In this document: positions 1-10,693 of the stretch, in pieces
How the letters are laid out: each line of letters opens with the position of its first letter
Numbering within the stretch: the first letter of the stretch is position 1
IMG/VR virus record: IMGVR_UViG_3300041411_000080
Location: 186,001 to 250,000 of that record
DNA: 64,000 nucleotides
Reading direction: 5' to 3' (one strand)
Notes under the pieces: model-generated
Databases searched by the model: none
The model's input: the letters and a program-made list of their open reading frames with translations, nothing else
Told to the model about the DNA's origin: nothing
Program-made: the position numbers and the translations under genes

Positions 1-334
1 CACTGCCTGTAACACTGAACGTACGAATACGTTCATCTTGGGAGATATCCAAAGGTTGGTTAACCTTAATGTCAATCCCCATGATCCGTTGGTACTGTTG
101 ATACGGTGGTTCCCGATCTAGGGCCAGCGGAGTTGGTTCTTGTGTGGGTGCCAGGATCTGAGAGAAATACGTTACTCGCCAGTTAGAACCATTGATCCAA
201 GCCAACATGCTCGATTGAGGCATGTACTTAGTATCAATGGCAATACCCCGATAAGCTTCAGGATAAGCCTTTACCTTGACGGGGTTTACCTGCTCAGAGA
301 CTGCTACACTCTCATCTTCTTCGTACAAAGGCAT
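1..334 (-). CDS. Virion structural protein, phiKZ gp99-like, truncated by the window edge
   Basis: Translated by hand (absent from the ORF track): MPLYEEDESVAVSEQVNPVK...WINGSNWRVTYFSQIL..., RBS AGAGGA upstream, open to position 1. Identity rests on position after the gp98-like gene. Confidence 0.55.
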   Translation of the reverse strand, partial: MPLYEEDESVAVSEQVNPVKVKAYPEAYRGIAIDTKYMPQSSMLAWINGSNWRVTYFSQILAPTQEPTPLALDREPPYQQYQRIMGIDIKVNQPLDISQDERIRTFSVTGS

Positions 335-345
335 TTAAGTGTCCT

Positions 346-2010
346 CTATGTTTTCGGTTTACGTTCAGCAATGATGCCAGCGTAAAGCACGTTGGTTGGA
401 CCCCAGTTATCACGTCCGATCATCCCACCCCCTGGACCATTAGGACCTGTCTCATCAGGGTTGGTATCACCACGTTGAATCTTGGCGCAATGGATATCGG
501 ACATCTTAACGATACCAGTACGGAATGTAGGTACGTCTTTAGTCCAATCGGTAGTACCTTCGCCTGGCCACTTAGGATCAACTGTCCTTGGGCGACCTAC
601 ACCGAGTAGTTGCATTTTCTCGATAGGCTCACGACCAAAGCATGTAAAGAACATTCGAGCCAGTTGCCACAGTACAGTTGGATAACGACGCATCCCTTGC
701 CAATAGTCGTTAGGGATAGTCAACCAGTCACCATTAACAGAGATCTGAATATGGTAGTAGTAATGTGGATCTAGATCAGTCAACGTCTTAAGCTTGAGTG
801 TTCCGGGTTCCATTACCAAAGGTACTTTATGGCGTTCACCATTACGGTACAGTCGGATATTAAACAACCCACCGTCAATGAAAGCTTCTGTCCCTACAGT
901 ATCGAAGAACTCCAATACGTGTGGACTGAACGAGAAACGACCTAACGACTTAAAGTCCATGACGTATTTAAGGTCTTCACAGTCTAGTGCGATCAACCCA
1001 GTAAAGAATGTCAGATGCTCAGGGAACTCATCGGGTGCAACCCATTCGTCTACGTCTGGATACTGGATGTAAGGTAGTCCTCGACGTTGGGCTAGAATGA
1101 AAGCATGTTCCAACGATCCACGTAGATTGGTAGTCTTACGATCCACTTGCTGGTAGTTGTGATACAGGGGAGCCTCAGGACGGAAGATCTTAGGGATAGG
1201 GCATTGATGCACTACCATTGGATATTCAACGTACAAATGAGTAGGACGATCGTAACGACAGATATAACTGAAGTTAACCTCATAGGCACCAGATTTATCT
1301 GAGACCGGCTGTGGCGTCTCTGGAGTGTTGATGAAGTCGAAGTGACCCACGACATCAACTTGACGTTCATAGATCGACAGCTGACCGTGTGTGCCCGTCA
1401 TGGTGGTCATATCAGTAGTTGGTTGAATAAACCGTTCGTCCAACCAATCTTTAAACTCTTTCCCACTAGGCCAAGCTGATTTCTCCATCGTATCGTAGAG
1501 ACCTCTGAACAGAGCCATCAATGGATGTGGAATGTTGTAATGGTACTCGAGGAAGAATGTGAGATCACCTACACCTTGAGACAACCGGATACGCATGTCA
1601 TCAAGCCAACGCTGTGCAATAACAACGTTAGGGGCTTGGTAACGGATATCAATACGGAAGTCAACAAAGCGACGTACTGGACGAACTACAATCCCACGAG
1701 TCTCATCGATAAAGATCGGAAAGTTCTCTTGACACTTAACGGCTGTGGACAAAGTGAAGTTCTCTTCGGCCAGTTCTTCGTAGGTTACTTCCACACGGGT
1801 TTCTGGATCGAAGTGAACGGCGTTAGCGGTATCACAGCAATTACCGAACATCCCGTTATTCATAGGAACTGTTTCAGAACGTCCGGGGAAATATACATTA
1901 GTATCTTTAGGCAGACCCATGAAGTTAGCGATCTGGCTCACGGCACTTACAGATACGGAACGCATGATGGTTTCGTATACGTCTGGTAGAACAATAACGG
2001 CGGAGGCCAT
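346..2010 (-). CDS. Virion structural protein, phiKZ gp98-like (~554 aa)
   Basis: Long ORF. Start moved to MASAV, which has a GAGGG RBS; the track start lies inside the flanking hairpin element. Identity from synteny. Confidence 0.55.
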   Translation of the reverse strand: MASAVIVLPDVYETIMRSVSVSAVSQIANFMGLPKDTNVYFPGRSETVPMNNGMFGNCCDTANAVHFDPETRVEVTYEELAEENFTLSTAVKCQENFPIFIDETRGIVVRPVRRFVDFRIDIRYQAPNVVIAQRWLDDMRIRLSQGVGDLTFFLEYHYNIPHPLMALFRGLYDTMEKSAWPSGKEFKDWLDERFIQPTTDMTTMTGTHGQLSIYERQVDVVGHFDFINTPETPQPVSDKSGAYEVNFSYICRYDRPTHLYVEYPMVVHQCPIPKIFRPEAPLYHNYQQVDRKTTNLRGSLEHAFILAQRRGLPYIQYPDVDEWVAPDEFPEHLTFFTGLIALDCEDLKYVMDFKSLGRFSFSPHVLEFFDTVGTEAFIDGGLFNIRLYRNGERHKVPLVMEPGTLKLKTLTDLDPHYYYHIQISVNGDWLTIPNDYWQGMRRYPTVLWQLARMFFTCFGREPIEKMQLLGVGRPRTVDPKWPGEGTTDWTKDVPTFRTGIVKMSDIHCAKIQRGDTNPDETGPNGPGGGMIGRDNWGPTNVLYAGIIAERKPKT

Positions 2011-2046
2011 GGTGTAGCCCTCAATTAAAAAGATCATAAGATCCGG

Positions 2047-2079
2047 CATAAACCCCTACCCGAAGGTAGGGGCATTATG
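2047..2079. terminator. Hairpin CCCCTACC-CGAA-GGTAGGGG flanked by CATAA/TTATG
   Basis: 8-bp GC stem in the intergenic gap after the 921-aa gene. Confidence 0.7.
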
Positions 2080-2080
2080 T

Positions 2081-4846
2081 TTACTTGATTGCTTTCTTAG
2101 CAACACCACAGCAAGCGTCAGCTACATCAACGCAATGCTTAGTGATGAACTTGTACAGATCGACGTGTGCTTGAGCAGAGAGCTTCATTGCTGTAGCCAA
2201 TGCATCCACACCTTGTTCGTCACCCTTAACACGACTGTCTGCACCGATTGGCAATGCGCGATCACGAGTAGTACGAATCTTGGATACGCTGCTAACAGCG
2301 CGATCACCCGTAGTGTCAGCCAGCTTACGTGCAATAGCAACGTATGCTTTAGCAAACTTCAGCAGGTTAGCGATATCACCCTTGGACAGTTTGTAAGTAG
2401 AGCTTTCGCTTGTCTTACCAGACTTAACGCCGACTGGAATACCGGTGTGACCCAGTGCTTCGAGTTTGTCGTTACGGGAACTACCGCCAGCTTCACGGAT
2501 CTCAAGTTTGCAACCACCCAACAGACCTTTAGTAAAGGCTGTACTTGGGAAAGCTTCTTTGGTACCACGCAATGCAACAGCTGCATCTAGAGCCTTATCG
2601 ATCTCTTTATCAGAACCTGCACCGATCACGTCATTCAGAGCTTTAATCAGATTGTTCTGGAAAGTCTCAGATGCCTTGATCCCTTTTACAGAGATATCAG
2701 TAGTCAGTTTAAGATCGTCGCCTACTGCTTTAACCAGATTGGTTTCTTCGGTAGACAGATGGCCACGAATACCAGAGATGTCACCGGTAGCGAAGTCAGC
2801 GTCTTTCAATTGAACCAAGCATAGATCGATTTGTTTGTCCAGTGCATCAGCACGAGTCTTAACTTTATCGACCATGCCACTAGCCCACCACTTCTCAACC
2901 TGATGGCTGATGCGATGAGTTGCAGTAGTGATACGGGACAACATACCACGGAAAGATTCCAGAGTAGCCCGATAGGCCAGATCCAAGTCTTTACCGCTGT
3001 AGTCTTCCAGAGCTACTTTAGCAGGAGTCTTATCTTCGAAGTGTGGATCAAGAGCAGCCATCTTCTTACGGAAGGGTTCTACCGAGCCATTCATGAATGC
3101 CAGCAAACCAGCATCATAACGTTCGTTAGCAATACCCAGTTCCAGCAGAGCACGGAAGGTCTCCAGAGATTCTTTCTCTTTCTGAAGTTCTTCAATGGTC
3201 TTGTCACCGATATCCGCTTCCTTCTCTTCAGCATCGCCCCACTCACCAACTTCAGCAGCGTCAGCCATAGCTTCTTCTACATCTTCATCAGTGGTATCGA
3301 CGTCTACATCTTTGACATCCACTTCGCCAGCTTCAAAGTCAGCTGGTTCTTCAGTTTCTTCGATTTCTCCAGCCTCAGCATCCACAGCCCCAGTTTCGTC
3401 AGGGACTTCTTCGCTAGTTTCATCAGGAGACTCGTCAGCAGTTTCTTCAACAGCATCACCGGCATCTTCTTCTACCTCAGCAGTTGCATCAGCTACATCG
3501 TCCATCCCGTCTTGCAGGTCTTCAGAAGTCTGATCAGTTGTGGACTCTTCTACGGTTGCAGCAGAACCGTCACTGTCACCCATGTCACCACCAGCAGGGG
3601 TCAGATCTTCCTCAGCATCAACACCGAGTTCTTCTGCACCTTCCAATGGAGTATCATCGTCTTCAGCATCTGGTTCTTCAGTTACCTGAGTAGCAGTGGT
3701 TTCATCGTCACCCGAAGTAGCCGGAGCTTCAGCTTCTGCAACAATCTCTTCGCCGTTGTTCTGATCATCCGAAACAGTAGTATCGCCAGTCTCAGGAATC
3801 TCACCCGATTGCTCTGGGGTTTCATCTGCAATGAAAGCAGTTTGGTCAGCATCGGAACTAGCAGCTTCAGCAGTTACGTCGGCGGCTTCGTTCTGTTGCT
3901 CTACCTCTTCGGTAACGTCTGGGGTTTCAGTTGAATCATCGGTCGACGTTTCAGCACTCTCATCACCCGTGCTATCGCTAGACTCGGGTGGGCTATCGGC
4001 CAGAGGATCTTCTGTACTAGTATCGTCGACACCCAGATCAGTAGTATCTGTATCACCAGCAGATACATCATCAGTACCCAGATCATCGGGAGTAGACTCA
4101 TCAGTGGTAGTATCGGTACTATCACCCAAGTCTTCAGCGCCATCCAGAGGCGTGTCATCATCTTCTGCTGCATCGCCACCGAGATCTCCCAAATCGTCAG
4201 TACCTGCATCATCGGTACCAGCGGCTACATCACCGAGATCATCGCCACCCGCATCGAGGGTATCATCATTGATGGCTTCGCCGAGTTCTTCGTCGGAGTT
4301 CTCATCAACTTCTGCTGCTTCTTGATGAATGTCTTTAGCGGCAGCTTCTTCCTCTACCTCTTCTTCGATATCATCTTCAGCCGCGTCTTCTTCAGCATTC
4401 TCAGCTGCTTGTTCTTCGGTAACGGCATTACCGTTAACGTCAGTATCTTCACTGGCTTCACCGCCAGTTGCTTCAGCGGTTGCTTCTTGAACGATCTCGT
4501 CCTTAGTCGCAGCAGCTTGTTCACCCTCTTGGAACAGTTCGGTCATCTCAACGGATTGCTCACTGTCACCAGTGGTGGCATCTACAACTGGTGCGCCGTC
4601 AAGAGGAGTGGTATCTTCGGTCTGAGTGATATCAGCTTTGTCGTCTGCTCCGATTTCTTCTTTCGGAGTGGCTTGACCAATATCATCGCCTGCCTCAGTA
4701 GTATCCGCGTCAGGTACGATGGGTGCAACTACTTCTTCAGCATCAGCTGTCGAGATAGCGCCCTGCTCATCAAGTTCCTTAGCAGTCTCTTCAGTGTGAT
4801 CTTCTTTAGACACTCGGAAAAGATTTTGGGAAGTCACTTTCAACAT
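2081..4846 (-). CDS. Internal head protein, phiKZ gp97-like, with a very large acidic propeptide (921 aa)
   Basis: About 600 N-terminal residues are D/E/A/T-rich. ALE/TLE sites (KVALED, ATLES) precede a basic helical C-terminal domain. Confidence 0.7.
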   Translation of the reverse strand: MLKVTSQNLFRVSKEDHTEETAKELDEQGAISTADAEEVVAPIVPDADTTEAGDDIGQATPKEEIGADDKADITQTEDTTPLDGAPVVDATTGDSEQSVEMTELFQEGEQAAATKDEIVQEATAEATGGEASEDTDVNGNAVTEEQAAENAEEDAAEDDIEEEVEEEAAAKDIHQEAAEVDENSDEELGEAINDDTLDAGGDDLGDVAAGTDDAGTDDLGDLGGDAAEDDDTPLDGAEDLGDSTDTTTDESTPDDLGTDDVSAGDTDTTDLGVDDTSTEDPLADSPPESSDSTGDESAETSTDDSTETPDVTEEVEQQNEAADVTAEAASSDADQTAFIADETPEQSGEIPETGDTTVSDDQNNGEEIVAEAEAPATSGDDETTATQVTEEPDAEDDDTPLEGAEELGVDAEEDLTPAGGDMGDSDGSAATVEESTTDQTSEDLQDGMDDVADATAEVEEDAGDAVEETADESPDETSEEVPDETGAVDAEAGEIEETEEPADFEAGEVDVKDVDVDTTDEDVEEAMADAAEVGEWGDAEEKEADIGDKTIEELQKEKESLETFRALLELGIANERYDAGLLAFMNGSVEPFRKKMAALDPHFEDKTPAKVALEDYSGKDLDLAYRATLESFRGMLSRITTATHRISHQVEKWWASGMVDKVKTRADALDKQIDLCLVQLKDADFATGDISGIRGHLSTEETNLVKAVGDDLKLTTDISVKGIKASETFQNNLIKALNDVIGAGSDKEIDKALDAAVALRGTKEAFPSTAFTKGLLGGCKLEIREAGGSSRNDKLEALGHTGIPVGVKSGKTSESSTYKLSKGDIANLLKFAKAYVAIARKLADTTGDRAVSSVSKIRTTRDRALPIGADSRVKGDEQGVDALATAMKLSAQAHVDLYKFITKHCVDVADACCGVAKKAIK

Positions 4847-4948
4847 GTTGTTTTACCTTTGTAGTATTGCTTAATGTGGTTAGGTAGTTCGTCCTCCACC
4901 TAACCACGGGACGAATTTATACTATCAGATAATAAGTCAGCAATGTGG

Positions 4949-6058
4949 TTAGTTGTTGGCATCACAAACGTTCAAGATGGCGGACATATTCCGCGTCATC
5001 AGGGCCAGCAGGCTGAGGTAGGGGTTAACCAACCAGTTGTTAAATGCTTCCAACAAAAGAATGTAATTGGTTGCAGCTTGTAGGTCAGCACCTTCATAAA
5101 CACCATTCGCTACGTCCTTACGGATCGCATCTAGATACTTAATGAGGTCACCTACACGAGTGGATCTACGACCACGTGCCATTACACCAATACGAGTAGA
5201 CAGATCGGTAGCGGTTGCAATAACCTGACGAAGGATGCTTTGTTCAATCGACCGGGCAAACACATCAAACTCGACGTATTCTGGTGGCGACTTTGGTTCA
5301 GCATCCGAAGGTTGCAACAGAAACTCTTGTCCGATCAATTGCTCGAACTGTTCACCCTCAGGGTTCTTGTTCAGAACGATGAGTTGTTGGTTACCCAACA
5401 TGTGTGGTCCCATGAAACGACTACCCTGATCGTTAAAGCCGTTGACCTTAGCGAAACCTACAGGACTCACATTGCTCAACAGGTTAACCAGTGTATCGAG
5501 TGCATTGGGTTCAGTCGGACGGATCGTCATGATAGCTGGGATAAGCTTCAGCAGCTCATCGTCTTGCCAGCGGTAGTACTTACGAACCATCTGGTCCACA
5601 GACTTTAAATACATCATCAGTCGTTGCGGGTCATTGATGATACGGAAGTTGATAGACAAATTCTGAAGACGTGTATCGATCTTGAACTTACCTTCTTTGT
5701 TCACTCGGTGGTTAGCACGGGATTCAGTATTGATCTGTTCTGCACGGTTGATGATCTTAACGAGGTTAAGACTAATACCAGCTGTACCGTTAGCTACGTC
5801 TTCGATCATGCGTGAAAGGAAACGGATGAGGGTATCGAGTAACCGCATAAATAGGTTCTGGTCCTCACCGGCTTCTAAGCCTAGGGCGAATTGTTTGGTA
5901 GAGCGTTGACGATCATTGCGGTAGTGTTCAACCGATCCAATTAAGGTAAGGATCTCAGCAGCCAGCAAATCATCAGCTTCTAACAGGTCACTCAGTACCT
6001 TAGGATTAGCTTGAACACCCTCAGTTGGATGTTCCTGATATTTAATATCTTCGGTCAT
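4949..6058 (-). CDS. Internal head protein, phiKZ gp96-like (369 aa)
   Basis: Position in the head cluster; GLE site followed by a helical domain as in its neighbours. Confidence 0.55.
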   Translation of the reverse strand: MTEDIKYQEHPTEGVQANPKVLSDLLEADDLLAAEILTLIGSVEHYRNDRQRSTKQFALGLEAGEDQNLFMRLLDTLIRFLSRMIEDVANGTAGISLNLVKIINRAEQINTESRANHRVNKEGKFKIDTRLQNLSINFRIINDPQRLMMYLKSVDQMVRKYYRWQDDELLKLIPAIMTIRPTEPNALDTLVNLLSNVSPVGFAKVNGFNDQGSRFMGPHMLGNQQLIVLNKNPEGEQFEQLIGQEFLLQPSDAEPKSPPEYVEFDVFARSIEQSILRQVIATATDLSTRIGVMARGRRSTRVGDLIKYLDAIRKDVANGVYEGADLQAATNYILLLEAFNNWLVNPYLSLLALMTRNMSAILNVCDANN

Positions 6059-6075
6059 AGCGATACCTAAATAAA

Positions 6076-6097
6076 ACGGGGCACCGAAGTGCCCCGT
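6076..6097. terminator. Hairpin ACGGGGCAC-CGAA-GTGCCCCGT
   Basis: 9-bp perfect stem with an A-run on the left, i.e. a U-tract on the minus strand. Confidence 0.75.
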
Positions 6098-6102
6098 CGA
6101 GA

Positions 6103-7455
6103 TTATGCTTCAGCTTTGGAGCCAGACTCGATAATCTTGATCTGTTGCCCAACTGCAACGCAGTGTGCCTTGGCGTACTTGACCAGATAGTCAACAATCT
6201 CACCAGCCCGTGGCGAAGACTCTTGAACCATTTTACCGACCTTCATAGCCATTTCATCATACACACCTTGGTTCTCTTTGCCGCCTTTGGCCATGGCTCG
6301 CTTAGTAGCCTCCATGAGCTTATTACCGGCTTTAGAGATCTTCTCCGTTTCAGGACGAATCTCTTTGAGTTGTACCAGCAGTGCTTTGATGTCACGCACA
6401 TGTTTACGCAGAGCCGCAGTAGTAGCGACTGGAATATCTTGCGACTTCTGATCGAGAGCAGGACCTTGATCATTCGCATGGCTTACACCAATCGATAGAC
6501 CATGTTCACTGATGTCAAGAGAAAAGTTGCCTGGGAGGCGATCTTTATCAGCTTGCTGTTCAAACAGGAATTGCAGAGGTTTGGAGTACTGGTCAAAGAA
6601 TGCATCCAGTTCTTCTGTTCCAGCGCCGTCGGCATCAAACTTCAGCACGCCCTTGGTCATGCCGTCGAGAAACTTGACAACTGCTTCTGGATAGGCGTAA
6701 GAAGCGAAGTGTGCAAGACCATGTACATCAGGACTTACCACACGATCGAATTCACCTTGAGCATTCAGCAGATATGCACTATTAAAGGTAAAGGTACCTT
6801 CGCCACCAGGAGCTTTGATCTTAGACAGTTGTTGATCCAATTGATCTACGGCACGCTCTACTTGGGATACACCATCCCAGCAGTTCTGTCCGGCACGCTT
6901 GATGAACTCGATGATCCGCTGGACAATCTCCAAGAATCTCTTCAGAGCAGACGAACTGGCTTCTTTCAGATCTTCCAGAGTAATGGTTGCGAGATCATGT
7001 TGTTCACGTGGACTTTTAGCTGTAAAGGATTCCATCGAACCAATCTTAGAGCTAACCCCAAGAACTCGACCAGCTTCACGCAGTTGTACTTGCAACAGCT
7101 TAGCCGACGTCGAATCGATACCGTTAAACCCAGTAGCACGAACGATGGTTTTGTATTCCTCCATCGCGGTTTGCAAGGCAATGAGTTGTTCGGCTTTCTC
7201 TTGCAGAGCGGTATGCTCACAAACAGTTTGCTCGATCATCACCTCAGCATTAGTAACCGGGATATCTTCGATTGGAGCTACCACTACTTCTTCAGTAATA
7301 GGAGTGTCGGTTGGAGCGGTAATAGGTACAGCTGCCGATGGGCTATCGGCTGGACTGACAACAGTTTCTTCTACCATCAGTTCGGCTGGGGGAGCGTCTT
7401 GGAATTCTTCCACGCTTACTCCCACGTCAGCCATTGCTTCTTTAAACAGACTCAT
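6103..7455 (-). CDS. Internal head/inner-body protein, gp93-95 paralog family (450 aa)
   Basis: Acidic N-terminus, GSMESF and ITLED processing-type sites, and the family segment ALQTAMEEY...GIDSTSAKLLQVQL. Confidence 0.7.
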   Translation of the reverse strand: MSLFKEAMADVGVSVEEFQDAPPAELMVEETVVSPADSPSAAVPITAPTDTPITEEVVVAPIEDIPVTNAEVMIEQTVCEHTALQEKAEQLIALQTAMEEYKTIVRATGFNGIDSTSAKLLQVQLREAGRVLGVSSKIGSMESFTAKSPREQHDLATITLEDLKEASSSALKRFLEIVQRIIEFIKRAGQNCWDGVSQVERAVDQLDQQLSKIKAPGGEGTFTFNSAYLLNAQGEFDRVVSPDVHGLAHFASYAYPEAVVKFLDGMTKGVLKFDADGAGTEELDAFFDQYSKPLQFLFEQQADKDRLPGNFSLDISEHGLSIGVSHANDQGPALDQKSQDIPVATTAALRKHVRDIKALLVQLKEIRPETEKISKAGNKLMEATKRAMAKGGKENQGVYDEMAMKVGKMVQESSPRAGEIVDYLVKYAKAHCVAVGQQIKIIESGSKAEA

Positions 7456-7485
7456 GTGTAAATTCCTCAGGATGGGATTATAGGA

Positions 7486-8658
7486 TTAGGCCAATGCGTC
7501 CAGTTCTTTACGAACGGTTGCGTTACGGGCAGCACCCACACGAGCCAAGTAGCGGATGATAGGATCATAATGAGGGTTAAGACGAGTAATCAAATCCATC
7601 ATCATATTCGAGATAGCATCAAGACCATCGCGCGCACCTTTAAAGATAGTTTCCCCGCGGCGACCTTCTAGATCACCCAGAGCTTTGGCCAAGGTAGACA
7701 TCTCTTTAAGGACGTTAGCTTCTTCACCGTACAACTTACCCAGAGCAGTCATGGTGGCCATGTTCTTACGAAGGGTACCGGTCATCTCGATCTCAGTACG
7801 AATCTCGTAGGTGTGCGTTGCAGGCGGTTTGGCGGCATCTTCTACATCAACCAACTCAGGACCCAAAGCGACATACTTAAATCCGATACCTTTGTTACCC
7901 GGTAGAACGGCTTTGGTGATACTGGCAACCAGAGACTCATGATTACCAATGAAACCAGCGTTAGCATTGAAGTTCTCGGAGTTACCGGACTCAACGTCGT
8001 ATTCACTGATCATCTTCTTAGCACGGGTGATCTGGTCGATAGCGTACTTAGGCCATTGGGTAAGGAAGAACTTGATTACGTCCTGCTCAGACTTACAGTC
8101 ATCAATGCAGAACTTACCATCGGCAAAGAGGATACCTGGGTTGTCGATCGTGATGGTACGATCACCCTCATGGAACTCTTGTGAAACGTGCTCATTAGAA
8201 CTGCGTTTCTTTCTGCGGATCTGATCAATCAGTTGTTCGGATGTAGTCTTAACTGTTTCCAGACCAGACATCATCTTCGAAGCAAACTGTTTAGCCAACT
8301 CAATCAAACGATTGATCACCTTCATGATCTTCTCACCGAGACTATGAATAGACTCAGAGAAATCCTCAACCGACAAAGTATCTTTGGAAAGGTCGAACGA
8401 TTCCAGGCCTACCGAGTTACGACTAAGTTTCAACTGACGCAAGTTAATCTGCATCATCTGACGGGCGACTGAATCTAGCCCATCTACACCGGCGGCAGCT
8501 ACTTGATCACGGTAATGTTCAAGAGCGGAGCGGACACCCATGAGTTCTTGAATCTCTAAAACAGAATCCTGAACAGAGTTAGCGTCCATGTCATGAGTAT
8601 CGATGTCACCAACAAGATCAGGCAGGTTACTTGGATTTTGACGAGTATCGTCGTGCAT
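7486..8658 (-). CDS. Internal head/inner-body protein, gp93-95 paralog family (390 aa)
   Basis: Segment SALEHY...GLDSVARQMMQINL, then VGLESF and LSVEDF, homologous to the neighbouring genes. Confidence 0.7.
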   Translation of the reverse strand: MHDDTRQNPSNLPDLVGDIDTHDMDANSVQDSVLEIQELMGVRSALEHYRDQVAAAGVDGLDSVARQMMQINLRQLKLSRNSVGLESFDLSKDTLSVEDFSESIHSLGEKIMKVINRLIELAKQFASKMMSGLETVKTTSEQLIDQIRRKKRSSNEHVSQEFHEGDRTITIDNPGILFADGKFCIDDCKSEQDVIKFFLTQWPKYAIDQITRAKKMISEYDVESGNSENFNANAGFIGNHESLVASITKAVLPGNKGIGFKYVALGPELVDVEDAAKPPATHTYEIRTEIEMTGTLRKNMATMTALGKLYGEEANVLKEMSTLAKALGDLEGRRGETIFKGARDGLDAISNMMMDLITRLNPHYDPIIRYLARVGAARNATVRKELDALA

Positions 8659-8683
8659 AATTAATCCCTTGTACTAAATAAGA

Positions 8684-8703
8684 AGGGGAGGCGAACCTCC
8701 CCT
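8684..8703. terminator. Hairpin AGGGGAGG-CGAA-CCTCCCCT
   Basis: 8-bp stem between co-oriented head genes. Confidence 0.7.
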
Positions 8704-8708
8704 AAGGT

Positions 8709-10628
8709 TTACCAAGCCTTAGCCATGGCTTCCAATACAGCTACAGTATTAGCGCCTTGGCGTGCAAGGAATTTAACCGTGCGGAAGAACTCATCCAGGT
8801 TATATGCTTCCTGCATTTTGCTAATGACGTAAGCTTGGATTTTCTGGCGCTGATCTTCTTCCAAATCCTTACCTGAACCCTTACGGAATTCAATCAGGGC
8901 TTTGGACATGTCTTCTTGGGCTTTAGTCATGATGTCCAGCACACGATTGCTACCCAACAGTGTCAAGAACTTTACAGTATCTTTGATCTGCAATTTCATG
9001 TCACCAAGGTCTACATCAATCTTTGCGTGGTCTGGAACATCTCTTTGTTCTTTGTTATCAAGGAATTTGATAAACTGACCTTCCTTACGCAGTACGTGAT
9101 CACCTGGAAGATTAAGAGATGCACTAAGGTGACTTCTTTTCTGATCTTCAACGATATCCTCTAATTCTTCTAGAATAGAATCATTAGCTGGGCGTTTCAA
9201 AACCATGATAAATTTGTTTACCATATCAACGCGGATATAGTTGTATTGCTGACGAAGAAATTCGTTACACTTCATCAGATCGCTGTCGAGATGGTCGCCT
9301 ACGAAAATACCGGTCTTCCACATATCAGGGTTAGTTTGAACAGTAACTACGTCCGACTTCGGATCACCAGACAACTTATCGATCACCCCTTTAGCGGCTT
9401 CAGCTTTAGTCAGGATACCATTCACACCAGCTTTATATTTACCCCACATCATCTCGGCCCGTGCCAACAGCTCTTTAATCCACTTGAGCACCTTGGCGCC
9501 GATCTCGGCAGCTCGGTCTGTCAAAGATTTCTCATTGACCTCGGCATCTTCTACAGCGGCACGCGGTGTAGTCAGATAACCTTCCATACCGGTAGCACGA
9601 ACTTTAAGACCACAGATCTGGTCGATGTGTTCCAAGCCAGCTTGCAGTACCGCAGCAGCCTGTTTAGAGATGCGCTTGTTAGAACGAAGAATCTGAAGGT
9701 GTTGCTCGATAGCAACCTGAGCACCATGCAGTGTATCTACTGCATCTTGGATGCGACCAATCTCAGCAATCTCTGGTAGATCCAGTGGATCAGTTTCTAC
9801 AGCGGTCAGTTTTTCGGCTACTTCTGGAGCAAGCGGTTCATTACCATGGGCAGTTGGCTCAGTAGTGATGGCTTGTTCTACTACAGCATCGTAGTTCTCT
9901 TTAGAGACTTTACGGGTAGCATGAATCTCAGCTTGGCGCTTGAGCAATTCAATACGAGCTTTACCAGTACCGACCGCTTCATTGATGCACTCAAGACTCA
10001 GCTTAGTTACGCCACTTGGCTTACCAGCACGATGGTTAATAAACCCGATTGTTTGGCGAAGACGTTCTTGATCCCGACGAGGGTAACCGATGATGTCGAA
10101 ACGACCGGCGTGTTGGGCATAGTCTTCAAGCGACTTGGTTGCGGACTCAGTTTTCTTGATCTCTGCATCAGTCGCTTCAGCCGTATCGTGTTCCAGTTTT
10201 GGTTCATCAGCTTCGGCCTCCGATTCTTCTGCATCGTCTTTCTTTACGAATGGCGGTGCTTTGGTTGCCCCATCACCGGCTTCGGCATCGGTATCTTTGG
10301 AACCTTCATCCGGCTTAGTTGCAGGAGGAGTTGGTTTCGATTCTGTGCTGTCGTCAGACTTGGCTGGAGCTGGTTTGGATTCACCTGTCTCAGCAGACTC
10401 TTTAACAGTGTCGAACTGCTTTTCTGTGGCGTCATCAGTATCTTCCTTCTCAGGAATTACTTTAGCAGGACCCGGACTATTGGTGTCAGTACCAACGTCC
10501 CCGGTTTTGGTACCGGCAGCTACGGTCTGGGCATTGGGAACTTCTTTAACGCCATCATTCAATGGCTCATGTGCGTCAGCAAAGTCTTCTTTGCTACCGA
10601 CTAGTTTACTCAGGTGGAAAAAGGACAT
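8709..10628 (-). CDS. Internal head/inner-body protein, gp93-95 paralog family (639 aa)
   Basis: Acidic, Pro-rich propeptide; KSLED, LSLEC and TGMEG sites; family segment AIEQHL...ISKQAAAVLQAGL. Confidence 0.7.
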   Translation of the reverse strand: MSFFHLSKLVGSKEDFADAHEPLNDGVKEVPNAQTVAAGTKTGDVGTDTNSPGPAKVIPEKEDTDDATEKQFDTVKESAETGESKPAPAKSDDSTESKPTPPATKPDEGSKDTDAEAGDGATKAPPFVKKDDAEESEAEADEPKLEHDTAEATDAEIKKTESATKSLEDYAQHAGRFDIIGYPRRDQERLRQTIGFINHRAGKPSGVTKLSLECINEAVGTGKARIELLKRQAEIHATRKVSKENYDAVVEQAITTEPTAHGNEPLAPEVAEKLTAVETDPLDLPEIAEIGRIQDAVDTLHGAQVAIEQHLQILRSNKRISKQAAAVLQAGLEHIDQICGLKVRATGMEGYLTTPRAAVEDAEVNEKSLTDRAAEIGAKVLKWIKELLARAEMMWGKYKAGVNGILTKAEAAKGVIDKLSGDPKSDVVTVQTNPDMWKTGIFVGDHLDSDLMKCNEFLRQQYNYIRVDMVNKFIMVLKRPANDSILEELEDIVEDQKRSHLSASLNLPGDHVLRKEGQFIKFLDNKEQRDVPDHAKIDVDLGDMKLQIKDTVKFLTLLGSNRVLDIMTKAQEDMSKALIEFRKGSGKDLEEDQRQKIQAYVISKMQEAYNLDEFFRTVKFLARQGANTVAVLEAMAKAW

Positions 10629-10667
10629 GTTCTAGACTCTCTTTGGAATTAGAATAACATAGCATAA

Positions 10668-10688
10668 TGGGAACCACGTAGGTTCCCA
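10668..10688. terminator. Hairpin TGGGAACC-ACGTA-GGTTCCCA preceded by CATAA
   Basis: 8-bp intergenic stem. Confidence 0.65.
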
Positions 10689-10693
10689 CTTGG

